A DNA stretch of 64,000 nt from Octopus sinensis (lineage: Eukaryota): positions 4,092,001 to 4,156,000 of the forward strand of contig NC_043012.1 of NCBI RefSeq assembly GCF_006345805.1, read 5' to 3'. Each line of letters opens with the position of its first letter. The first letter of the stretch is position 1. Positions 53,141 through 64,000 of the stretch are shown one piece after another. Below the pieces are notes generated by a model. The model had not been told where the DNA came from. It saw only the letters and a list, made by a program, of their open reading frames with translations, and did no database searches. Made by a program: the position numbers and the translations under genes.

Positions 53141-54241
53141 GTGTTTCCCCACCACTGCTTAGCAGTTCAACAAAAGAGACTGATAGGATAAGTACCAGGC
53201 TTTAAAAAAACGTACAAAAACATAAGTACTAGGGTTGATTCAATTGACTAAAAATTCCTGGAGGTGCTGCCCCAGGATGGCTGCAGTCTAATAATAGAAA
53301 GAAGTAAAAGAAAAATAAGAGTTGATAAAATAAATATTAAAAAAAAAACCTTGAGCTCTGCTAAACTAGTATCAGTTTTTGCTAGTGAAAGTCACTTAAT
53401 AAAATTTGTAAATTTAGATTGGTTTCAGGAGACAAGAATCCTGATGTGTTGACCAAAACTATTTATCAGTGAAGTACATGTAGATAGCTACTTACCAACC
53501 ATGTGGTTCCGGGTTCATTCTCACTAACAACGTGGCACCTTGCAAGTGTCTCTACGTAGCCTTGGGCCAACAAAAGCCTTATAGCATGGGTTGGACAGTT
53601 CAACTGGGGTCTGGGAGGCCAGGAGGCTGCGCCAGACCCCAATCTGATCTGGAAGTGTTTCTGCAGCTGGATGCCCTTCCTAATGCCAACCACTCTGAGA
53701 GTGTAGTGGCTGCTTTTTATGTGTCATGTATGTATGTATTTTATATATATATGTATGTATGTGTTTCTCCACCACTGCTTGTCAACTGGTGTTGTGGGTT
53801 TACATCCCTCTAACTTAGCAGTTCAACTAAAGGGACTGATAGGATAAGTACCAGGCTTTAAAAAAACGTACAAAAACACAAGTACTGGGGTTGATTCAAT
53901 TTACTAAAAATTCTTGGAGGTGCTGCCCCAGGATGGCTGAGGTAAAAGAAAAATAAGAGTTGATAAAATAAATATAAAAAAAACCTTGAGCTCTACTAAA
54001 CTAGTATCAGTTTTTGCCAGTGAAAATCATTTAATAAAATTTGTAAATTTAGATTGGTTTCAGGAGACAATCTTTTTGTGTTGAAGTACATGTAGATAGC
54101 TACTTACTACATCGCCACACAGGAGTGGCTGTGTGGTAAGTAGCTTGCTTACCAACCATATGGTTCCGGGTTCATTCTCACTGCGTGGCACCTTGGGGGC
54201 AAGTGTCTTCTACTATAGCCTCGGGCCAAACAAAGCCTTAT
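52950..54241 (+). repeat. Direct tandem duplication, 634-bp offset (52950-53582 and 53584-54241)
   Basis: Both copies contain RTE tail, SINE 3' half, about 170 bp of non-repeat spacer and a SINE head; they differ by scattered substitutions and indels. Confidence 0.9.
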
Positions 54242-54498
54242 GAGTGGATTTGGTAGACGGAAACTGAAGGAAGCTCATTGTATATATGTATATATTTATG
54301 TGTGTATGTGTTTGTCCCCCCCCCATTCCCATTACATGCTCATGGTGGTGTGTTTACTTCCCTTTAACTTAGCAGTTCGGCAAAAGAGACTGATAGAATA
54401 AGTACTAGGTTACAAAGAATAAGTCCTGGGGTTGATTTGCTCGACTAATGGCATTGCTCCAGCATGGCCGCAGTCAAGTGACTGAAACAAGTAAAAGA
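54117..54498 (+). mobile_element. Near full-length octopus tRNA-derived SINE (OR-type)
   Basis: AGGAGTGGCTGTGTGGTAAGTAGCTTG (A-box region), GGGTTCATTC (B-box region), central microsatellite, tail GACTGAAACAAGTAAAAGA. Confidence 0.88.
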
Positions 54499-54532
54499 AA
54501 TAATATTCTTTGTACTATATTATATTGTCTTT

Positions 54533-54745
54533 AAGACGGTGAGTTTGCAGAAACGTTAGCATGTTGGGCAAAATGCTTAGTAGTATTTCATCTGTCTTAT
54601 GTCCTGAGTTCAAATTCCGCCTAGGTCGATTTTGCCTTTCATCCTTTCGGGGTCGATAAATTAAGCACCAGTTGTGTACAAGGGTCGACCTGATCCACTG
54701 GCCCCTTCCCCCAAAATTTCGGACCTCGTGCCTAGAGTAGAAATG
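54533..54745 (+). mobile_element. OK-type SINE with Deu/Nin-like central domain
   Basis: tRNA-like head with GAGTTCAAATTCC; central GCCTTTCATCCTTTCGGGGTCGATAAATTAAGCACC resembles the conserved Deu/Nin SINE core as I recall it. Confidence 0.7.
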
Positions 54746-55538
54746 AATATTATATTGTCTTTGACAGTATTGTTTGTAAATGCTCTCAAGATACGTTTGG
54801 TTTTAACAACATCTATAAGATGCAGTTGTTTGGAAGAGGGCTTTGCCAGTACCTTTTACTGCTTTGTTATTTTACCTCCAAGATTATTCTGGTGTAGCTA
54901 TGATACATAAAATCTAGGTCATTCCTGCTGTTATTCCTGTAAATTAATCTCTTTGAAAATCTTGTTCTTTTTTTTTTGTTTTTTCTTAAACAGCTGTTGA
55001 TTTCCCCTCCCTACTGTTTCCTGCTACCAGGTGTGAGTAAATGATGAGGCGCCTGCAGAAATGACAAACTTTCTTAGATCTCTAATTGTTTTTAGTTTAT
55101 TTTTTATTACCAAAATCCTTGTGATCTCATTTTGAGTCAAAGGTGAACTGTTTATTTTGCTAATTACCAATCTCCATATCTTCACAATGGTTTTTTTTTT
55201 TTTTTTCCCCTTTAGAATCTGCAACTTTGGACAGGTTTTCATTTCATGAATTTATTTTCGTTTGATGTGATTTTTTGACTTTTCATTTCGTTGAGGATTA
55301 CTAACTTTTTTATTTTGTTTCCGACATGTCTGGTTAGATAATTGCATCACAATGCTGCTGTGAGTTTCATTGTTTCTTTTCTCTTTTTATTCTATGGTTA
55401 CCAAGTTAGTAAGTTGGTGAATATTTAGCAACAAGTCGGCCCTGATCCAGCTAACATATATGGAAGATGTTCCATCTGTGACATTACCTTTTTTTTTCAT
55501 TCAGACACAGTTAGGCTTACATTATCAACTATCTTTTA

Positions 55539-55929
55539 TCTTTTACTTGTTTCAGTCATTTGACTGTGGCCATGCTGGAGCACCGCCTTTAGTCAAGCAA
55601 GTCGACTGAATGTTTGGAAGACTAGTACTTATTCTATCAGTCTCCCTTGCCAAACCGCTAAGTTACGAGGACGTAAACACACCAGCATCGGTTGTCAAGC
55701 GATGTTGGGGGTACAAATACAGCCACACAAATATATACACACACATAAGTATATATATACATATACGACGGACTTCTTTCAGTTTCCATCAACCAAATCC
55801 ACTCACAAGGCTTTGGTTTGCCTGAGGCTATAGTAGAAGACACTTGCCCAAGGTGCCACGCAGTGGGATTGAACCCGGAACCATGTGGCTCGTAAGCAAG
55901 CTACTTACCACACAGCCACTCCTGCGCCT
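55539..55929 (-). mobile_element. Full-length octopus tRNA-derived SINE (OR-type)
   Basis: Ends ...CTACTTACCACACAGCCACTCCTGCGCCT; well preserved. Confidence 0.9.
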
Positions 55930-56461
55930 TTTCTATGCCTTTTTTTTTCAAAGGCGATGGTGTATGATTTGAGGAATATTTGGCTGTTATTTCAAGCAAA
56001 TTGAGCGATCACATTGACACTCTCATTGGCTTGTTGTTTAGTCCCAGGTCTGTCCTGAACATACAAACCCATAAACAAGAGTTTTTTTTCTTATTTTTAC
56101 TTTTTTAGACTACATTAACCAACATGTTTTTGCTTAAAGATAATACGTGATTTGAAGGAGATTTAGCTGCCATTTCAGTTAGTTCTAATGTACACAAAGA
56201 AACTCTTGCTGGCTTGTAATCTAATTAGTTGATCCTGATAGTGTTGATGTTTACATCTGTTTGCAGAATGTTATTTTTGTTGTTGTATCATTTAGGTTTG
56301 AAACAGATCTGTGATCACAAGTATTCAAATTATCTTCATCCCACCATTTTATTTATCAGATGTGACATTGTCCAAGATAAATTAAAAAAAATTTTTTTTT
56401 TCTTAAGATGACTTGATGGAGGTTGGTTGTCGTTTCTAGTAGTCATAGTGATGATATAAAC

Positions 56462-56594
56462 CAGTTATGGATTAACTGTGGCCCCTATGGCTTTCTGAAT
56501 GGTATGTCTTGAATTTCTTTTAGTAGGACCTCTTGTTCTGATGACGAGCCATATTTCACGTGGCCCACTTCTTGAAGAAGATTGCCTATGCCTG
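56462..56594. mobile_element. Short hAT/Charlie-like MITE; inverted sister copy at about 59757-59895
   Basis: TGGCCCACTTCTTGAAGAAGATTGCCTATGCCTG is the reverse complement of CCTGGACAACCTTTTTCAAGAAGTGGGCC at 59758. Possible degenerate 8-bp TSD ATATAAAC/ATGTAGGC. Confidence 0.6.
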
Positions 56595-56960
56595 ATGTAG
56601 GCACTCTCATTGGCTGTATGGTTTTATTGTCTACTGAGTAGACCTATGATCAAAGACATTCCAACCATGACCATCTCAACTTATTGACTATCAGAGGCTT
56701 TTTAAATGTGTACTTTTTAAAAATGGTAATATGTAATTTAAGGGAGATTTGCTTTGGTATTTCTAGCAGGTTGACTGATTGTGTATCTGCTTGCTTGATT
56801 GTTTTCTGTTTGGCCCCGAGTAGGCCTATAATTAAAACATTCCATCTGTGCCCATCTCGTCTTTTTTTTTTGTCCAATAATATTCCAATAATGCTCTGTT
56901 TTGCACAGTCAATATTTATTGCTCTTTCTTTATACCTCAGCCCAAGTTAATGTCAGGCTA

Positions 56961-57170
56961 CCCTTTAGCATTTAAACTGTTCGCATCTGACCCACATATT
57001 CTACCTGTTTTATGTTCCAATGGATCAGATTCTACCTCTCACACCCACTCTACAATGTTATTCTAAAAATGAACAAACACAAAGCTATGAGATAGTGCAT
57101 GATTAATTGAGATTAATGTGAGTAAATCAGTATTAGATATGACAGAGTACTCAGAAAGTTAAAGGGTTAA
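56961..57170. mobile_element. TTAA-type MITE (CCCTTTAGCAT...AAAGGG-TTAA family); further copies at about 57954-58250 and 62591-62795
   Basis: Short TIRs CCCTTTAGCAT / ATGCTAAAGGG (degenerate in this copy) next to TTAA; shared internal sequence. Confidence 0.7.
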
Positions 57171-58447
57171 ATAATCTGAATTCATCAGGGCCCTTTTTTT
57201 TTTATGACTCAGAAAAGATTGTTGAAAACTAGGTCAAGATTCTCTTTCCTACTGAGTTTCTTGTCAGATACACTACGTGACCTTCTTTTCGCTGCAGACC
57301 TACACTTTTTAAACTCCTTTTCACTGCAGACCTACACTTTGTGTAAGGTTCATTAAACAGCTGCTGAAATATTTGGATTTTGGGGGAAGTCCCCCCCCCC
57401 CATTGCCGCCATCTTGTTTCTTACATGTTGGTATAAGCAGATGATAGACGCTCTCAGAAATGACAAACTTTCTCAACTCTCGTTGTTGCTTTCACTCAGC
57501 TTGATTGTGTAGAACTGTGGCTTCAGAAGTGGCCCTTTTAATGTCTAGAATAGTGAGTGGATCTTAACCATGACTCCTAGGGACGCATGTGGCCCTCAAA
57601 CATCCTTCTGGCAGCCCTTGGCGGTCTTCTCTCTATAACTATAATAAATTTTTCTTTAACTGACTTGTGTTTTACTTTTTTCGGTGTGGCCCCTTAAAAA
57701 AAATCTAGCTTTTGGATCTGGCCTGGATATTACAAAGGCTGAGAATCACTGGTCTTGAAGCATAATTCACAAGTATTTTGCTCCAGCTTTGCCATATCTC
57801 AGTCTGGTATGAAATTATGCTGCACACACCAAATATTTTATTTTGAGCATTTTGTTTGACTCTGTATTTTGCTTTTGTACCATCCCATTGTTTTGGGTTG
57901 TTGCAGCTAATAAAAGAAATCATCGTCATTATTATTTTTGTTGTTTTTTTATCATGACACTGAAATCTCAAAGTTACAAGATTAATTCATGATTAATTCA
58001 AAATAATGTGAATTACTAAGCATTACATTTGAATGAGTAATCTGAATGCTAAAGGATTAAACCAGCCATATCAGGCTCAGGTATTCTACCTGTGTTATGT
58101 TCAAACTTGCTTCTCATCTTCTCTACAATATCCTTCTCAAATAACCAATCACATCATCAAAATCTTGGAGCTTTGAGATAATACACAAACCACTCAAAAC
58201 TATGTGAATAAATAAGCATTTCATTTGCTAATCTGAATGTTAGAGGGTTAATCTGCTTTCATCTAAGTCAACTATCTCTTCTATTACTGACATTAGAATT
58301 ACTAAGACTTAACTTAATAAAGAAGCTTCTGTGTAGCTGTTTGGTATGCTAGAAGTAGCAGCCAAATCTCCTTAAGATAAGAACCAGCCTTCTTTAACAA
58401 GGATACAAACACTGGAAAATGCAGTTCTTCCTTCTTTGCATCAAATT

Positions 58448-58832
58448 CTCTTTTACTTGTTTCAGTCATTTGACTGTGGCCATGCTGGAGCACTGCCTTT
58501 AGTTGAGCAAATCGACCCCAGGACTTATTCTTTGTAAGCCTAGTACTTATTCTATCGGTCTATTTTGCCGAACTGCTAAGTTACGGCTACGTAAACACAC
58601 CAGCATTGGTTGTCAAGCGATGTTTGGGGGACAAACACAGACACACAAACATATATATATACATATATATGATGGGCTTCTTTCAGTTTCTGTCTGCCAA
58701 ATCCACTCACAGAGCTTGGTTGACCTGAGGCTATAGTAGAAGACACTTGCCCATGGTGCCACGCAGTAGGACTGAACCCGGAACCATGTGGTTGGTAAAC
58801 AAGCTACTTACCACACAGCTACTCCTACGCCT
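58448..58832 (-). mobile_element. Full-length octopus tRNA-derived SINE (OR-type)
   Basis: Colinear with 55539-55929. Confidence 0.9.
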
Positions 58833-58964
58833 TATTTTAAACATGAACCCTTACAAATCAGTAGGCTTTATCATACAGAATTACATGTAGATTGGTACCA
58901 AAAACATTAAAAAACCGATAGGCCCGGCTATAATTCCTCAAATTCCTTTCCTCTAACTCCAAAG

Positions 58965-59200
58965 ACTGTGAGGGAAATAGTGAACCCTTGTCTTCAGGGA
59001 TGGAGATTCTATTCATTCTGGTGGCAGGGTATCATACAGCCCATCTCATACAACCCACCCACTTTTTCCTCTTCCTCCTCCTCCTTGTAATCCTTAATAT
59101 ACTTCATCTTGTCGACCACTATAGTAAACACTTCATTCAGTCTTTCCTTCCTAGGAATGTAGCCTTATGGAATTCTCTATTTACCCACACTTTTCTGTGA
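58965..59200 (+). mobile_element. Possible CR1/L2/Jockey-group LINE 3' fragment
   Basis: FIQSFLPRNVALWNSL resembles the SFxPRTxxLWNxL C-terminal motif; very short and decayed. Confidence 0.45.
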
Positions 59201-59371
59201 ACTGAGTATCAACCTCATTAATCTCACCTGTCTTGGAGGGCTTGTAGAAATCACAGACTCTGTCCCTCCTTCTCTCATACTAATTTGAAAAATAAAAAAC
59301 CTCTTAGTTTTAAGCAATCTGGGGGAACAAAGTAGTGCTTTGAAATTTGAATGAAACTTTAGGACTTTATT

Positions 59372-59761
59372 TTTTACTTGTATCAGTTCATTAGACTGTG
59401 GCCATGCTGGAGCACCGTTTTGAAGAATTTGTGTTTTTAGTTGAATGAACCGAACCCAGTATTCACATTTTGTTAAACCTGTTACTTATTCTATTGGTCT
59501 CTTCTGTCCAACCTCCAAGTTTCGGGGATGTAAACATACCAACACCGGTTATCAAATGGTACTGGGGGCAGACACAAAGTCACACATATATATACACAAT
59601 GGGTTCCTTTTAGTCTCTGTCTGCCAAATCCATTCACATGACTGTGGTCAGCCTGAGGGTATCGTAGAAGTCTCTTGCCCAAGGTGCCACACAGTGACAC
59701 TGAACCTAGAACCATGTGGTTGGGAAGCAAGCTTCTTATGATACAGACACACCTGCACCTG
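59372..59761 (-). mobile_element. Octopus tRNA-derived SINE (GGGAAGCAAGCTTCTT head subtype)
   Basis: Colinear with the other copies. Confidence 0.82.
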
Positions 59762-60338
59762 GACAACCTTTTTCAAGAAGTGGGCCGCATAAGAGACATA
59801 GCTCATCATCAAACAGACCGCACTAAAACAAATTCACAATAATTTTTCGTTAGGTATACCAATCAGAAAGTCCCACAGGCTGCTGTTTACCCCTGACTGC
59901 TTTGAGAGGTTCTAAAGGGTTAAGATGATGCCATGACAAGACAAAGAATCTGTCTTACAGGAAATCATCTGTGGGAACTTTCAGCTCTGCCAAATAGTGT
60001 TATGAAGAGAGAAGGCTCAGATTGGCCTCTAGTTTACACATTAGAAAACGCTATTTAGTGACTTACATCTGATGTTCTTCATTTTAATTTTTTAATATCT
60101 ATCACATGTCTATATTTCCTATTCTACCTTGGATGCTAAAAGAAAGTGGGTGTAATTTTTGTGTATGAGTGTGTGTGTGTTATTAGGGCTGAATATCCTA
60201 CATCTAATTAAACCATATAAAAGGGTATCACTCTGCTGAAATGGGTGGGAAGTTGTTAGATTAATATATTCTGCCTACAACAATGTCTAAACTCATGGTT
60301 TTATGGTGAGAAGACCGACAGCAAATTAAATTCAGCCG

Positions 60339-61203
60339 TACGAGATCTGATTAATAAGTATCCAGACTGTTGCCATAGTAACAAAGCTAAAGCACGCAGA
60401 GTAAAGCTGCTTGGCAAAGATTGACCTTGAACTCTGCTGTGCATGTGCACTATGTTTTAACATTGTAGCTCACTTCTGCTGTTTACAACTGCGCTTGGAA
60501 GGAAGGTGTGTAGCGTTTGATCGTTGCATTGACCATGGCAGAGAAAGTTGTCATGGTGATACTTGCTCAGAGGCCTACGCAAAGTTGCAGAACGTGTATG
60601 GAGAGGTGTGTGTGGATGGTTCAGACACTCCAAGATGGCTAAAAAAAAATGTTGATACTGACAAATGTTTTGGAAGACCCTCAACCAGCAGAACTGAGAA
60701 AAACATCACAGCTGTGAGGGGAAATTGTTGAATTATCATCCGTGAGTTATCAGATGTGCAAATTAGTTACGGTTCAACTCAGTCCATTGTCACTGAAAAT
60801 TTGGGTATGAGATGCGTGTCTACCAAGTTTGTACCAAAAGTGCTTTCAGTTGACCAAAAAGACATTCGGGTTTCAGTTGCACAAGATCTCTTTGATTGTG
60901 TTGAGAATGATAAAAACTTGTTGAAAACTTTGCATAGGCCTCTGAGCAGGTATTGCCAAGCTTTTGGGCAAAATTTGATGCAGATTCTCAGCTCAACTTT
61001 CTGTCATGTTCAATGCAATAATCACACGCTACACACCTTCCTTCCAAGCACTGCTGTAAACAGCTGGAGTGAGCTAAAATGTTAAAACTTAGTGCGCATG
61101 CACAGCGGAGTTCAAAGTCAGTCTGTGCCAAGCGGCTTCACTCTGCATGCTTTAGCTTTGTTACTATGGCAACAGTACGGCTACTTATTGATCAGACCAC
61201 ATA
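60339..61203 (+). mobile_element. Fold-back mariner derivative with long inverted arms (60339-60586 and 60926-61203)
   Basis: TA ends; the right arm is an inverted copy of the left end including the first ~28 transposase codons; the spacer encodes the HTH/linker region (EAYAKLQNVYGE...GRPSTSRTEKNI...VSTKFVPKVLSVDQK...CVENDKNLLKT). Confidence 0.88.
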
Positions 61204-61626
61204 TAATTATGATGTTTCTTTGCTATTAATCCTTAGATTCCACTCAATCAAGAACAGTTATACAAGCATACCTCAATTTACATATTTTTTTTTTAAGAAA
61301 CTAATGGGAAAAGTGTAAAACCTCAACATCAGTTGATTTCTCTGACTTAATGTTGGTCTCAACCAACATATTTAAAAGCATAAGCATTTAAAAAAAACAC
61401 CAAAAATTCAACACTGAAATGAAAAAGTAAATAAAATATGAATAAAAATATGTACAAACTATTTATTAAAACAGATATAAACTAATAATTTTTTTAAAAT
61501 GTTTTCTGTATTACATCATTTTTAAAATTTAAATCTCATGTCTTGGAACCAATTATTGACATTAAGTTGAAGTATACTTGTATGTGTTCAGCCATCACAC
61601 AGCTATAGCTATTTACTTTATCACAA

Positions 61627-61852
61627 TTAACCCTTTTGTTACTGTATTTATTTTGAGATGCTCTGTGTTTCAGTTATTTAAAATATAACAAAGAATTTAG
61701 TAAAATAACTTTAGTTATCATTAAGTTATGGTTAGGAACATAAGTTATGACTAAGGTTTGGTGGAAAATTTTAATTCAAAATTTACGAAAACAAGACATT
61801 TGTACTTCAGAGGTAGAGCTGGTTTCAGCTGGGTTGGTAACGAAAGGGATAA
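61627..61852. mobile_element. TTAA-flanked piggyBac-type MITE (218 bp)
   Basis: TTAA-CCCTTTTGTTAC ... GTAACGAAAGGG-ATAA. Confidence 0.78.
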
Positions 61853-63369
61853 TCAGTCTACAATTTCTTAATCAGTTTTACAGTTCAGCTCTGAGTCTAT
61901 CAACAAAGCTATGGAATTCTATGTAAGAGGTCAACTTTGTACTGTGACTGACCAACTACTTGACTAAGCTGGACGATAGGATGCTAATTGCATTTAAGCT
62001 GGGAATTAATGTGTTTCTTCTATGCCTGTACTTGACATATTATCAATGTACTTTAATTAAGATTATAACTATTTGGAGTTGTAACCTCCTCTATACAGGT
62101 GAAAACTGTTTTAATATTTGCATTTACACTATGTTTTAATTTGTTTGACCTTTTATCTTCGTCAAGTGTTTTATGTCTTATTCTTGGTAAAGGTTTGTTT
62201 ATCAGGTAAAAGCTCACAGATAGCCTTACTCTCAGGAAAAAAGTTTACAAGACCCTAAGTAGTACAGGTATCCCTTGGCTTACAAAAGCAGCATTAAAAA
62301 AAAGGTTTAAAGTATGACACCTTTTTTTCATTGACTTCTTGAGTTTTTATGTTGCAAAACATGGAACACAATTGGAAAATAGGTTTTTATGTTATGGCAT
62401 TTTGTGTTTGGTCAAGATTTTCAGAAATACAAAGCTTTCGTAATATGAGAGATACCTGTACTTGTATTTTTTGTTTAGCACCAGGTCAAATCTGGTAGAT
62501 CTGACCTTTCATCGGAGACATCCCAGCCTTGACTGTTGTGTCTTTCTTAGAAAGATAATGACTCCAAAACTGTACTCTCTAATGTATCTCTTAATCTTTT
62601 AGCATTCGAATTACTCTCTCAAATGTAATACTTATTTATTCACATTGTTTTGAAGTAATTATGAATTATCTTGCTGCTTTGAGGTTTTGATGGTGTAATT
62701 ATAGGGTAGGTGTGAGAGCTTGGATCTGGCCAGTTGTAACATAAAACAGGAAAAATAGTTGAGTAGATATGGCCTGTTAAATGCTAAAGGGTTAAAACAG
62801 TAGTATGATTTTGTGAGTGGTTTGGCTACTGTTTCTAGCCAGTTGAGTAGCTGCTTAGAGACTTTTGTGTTAGCTCTATTATACATGGTTTGATAGTCTG
62901 TCTATGTTTGTAGAGTGGTGACTCTTTCTTTTGAATAGTAATCCAAAATAGGTTTCTAGTAATATCCAGACCGTTTTAATGTTGATGGACATTGTTGAAC
63001 GGTAAGATTTTTATGTATGTTTCTTTTATATAATGCGATGTTATTAAATTAGAAAAGATTTTAGCTACTGAGAGACAAAAAACAAAAACACATCTCATTA
63101 TGTGAGATGTACAAATAACTGTCCTTAAATAAAATCTCATAAATATTTAAAATATTAGTTACTAAGTCATTTATCAGTTATAAACTTGTTCATTGTGAGC
63201 ATTTTTATGGTCGATGGTCATGTGCTTGCTTCAGTTATTGCTATTTACTTAACTGAATGGACTTATTTCTCCAACAATAAGTTATGACCTAGTTAAGGTT
63301 TCTTAATAGTGAAGTATATCTATCTATCACCTCCATTTACATACCATGTAAAACTCTTTTGTTATATAT

Positions 63370-63845
63370 TTAGTAATATACCATCATCATTGTTATTTAA
63401 CATCCGTTTTCTTTGTTGGCATGGGTTAGCTACTTTGACAGAAGCTGGCAAGCCAAAGAACTGCACCAGGCTTCAGTGTCTGCTTTGGCACGGTTTCTAC
63501 GGCTGGATGCCCCTCTTAATGCCAACCACTTTACTGAGTGTACTAAGTGCTTTTTATATGGCATCAGCACTAGTGCATTGTATAGCACCAGCACCAGTGG
63601 GGTTGCCAAGTAACTTGTAAGACAACGACCCCTCGGCTGGGAGAGGGAGGTGGCTTTGTGCTGGTTGAGAGGTTAAAGTATAATAGAGAGATAAAGATAG
63701 GTGTCTTATTATAGAGGAGATACTTGACTACCCCAGTAGGAAAAGAAAGGAGAAAAGAGATAGAGTTAGAGCAAAAGGACAAAATGAGAGTGAAAAAGAA
63801 ATAGACTGTGTTGGACATGTGTCAGGACATACTCACAAGGTACAG
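63370..63845 (-). mobile_element. RTE-related 3' end with CT-rich UTR (subfamily of 27700-28392)
   Basis: TCATCATTGTTATTTAACATCC tail, GGCTGGATGCCC block; reverse complement aligns to 28030-28390. Confidence 0.7.
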
Positions 63846-64000
63846 TGAGGGGTGAATATAGTCTTGGAGCAGCCAGAGCCTTGTGAGTGAATTTGTTAAG
63901 TGGTAATTCTATTATGTTGGTGGGAAGGTGCTTGTGTCTCCTGATATTTAGTAATATATACATGTATATATTTTTCTCATGAGTGTAGGAACATTGGTAG

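Noticed and set aside
62190-62212. Possible recursive splice site TTTGTTTATCAG|GTAAAA in the C9orf85 intron
   Set aside because: Weak pyrimidine tract and donor; such matches are expected by chance in 19 kb of AT-rich intron.
8488-62830. Apparent antisense orientation bias of the GCTAGAAATAGCAGCC repeat relative to host genes
   Set aside because: The four copies in the ABHD17 intron share one strand, but the C9orf85 intron has about 5 plus and 7 minus copies; numbers are too small and inconsistent.
45142-64000. Second coding exon of C9orf85 (expected C|xxC...AYH..C..C...CAKC)
   Set aside because: I tried acceptors at about 48024, 51913, 52251, 54767 and 62959; none gave the expected Cys-pair sequence. 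It probably lies beyond the window, though a manual scan could miss it.

Overview
AT-rich (TA/CA-microsatellite-rich) eukaryotic genomic DNA. The SINE, RTE-LINE and mariner families point to a coleoid cephalopod, most likely Octopus (inference from repeat content). The window holds two genes arranged head-to-head, 519 bp apart between their ATGs. (1) A complete ABHD17-family depalmitoylase on the minus strand: coding exons 43767-44413 and 3694-3916, joined across one 39,850-bp GT-AG intron, giving 289 aa with an intact Ser-Asp-His triad. (2) The first coding exon (44933-45141) of a C9orf85/DUF2039-family gene on the plus strand; I could not find its next exon in the window. The shared promoter carries ETS and CRE motifs and sits in a CpG-retaining domain of about 9 kb. 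Almost everything else is intron filled with tRNA-derived SINEs, RTE LINE fragments, four decayed mariners and several MITE families. Most listed short ORFs are microsatellite or repeat artefacts. Most notable: the ABHD17-C9orf85 divergent pair, which I recall as the same arrangement as human ABHD17B-C9orf85; a fold-back mariner derivative with ~250-280 bp inverted arms; a UAG stop whose A-to-I editing would add WCCLLKNQC to ABHD17; a degenerate modular repeat in the ABHD17 3' region; and a 634-bp tandem duplication.
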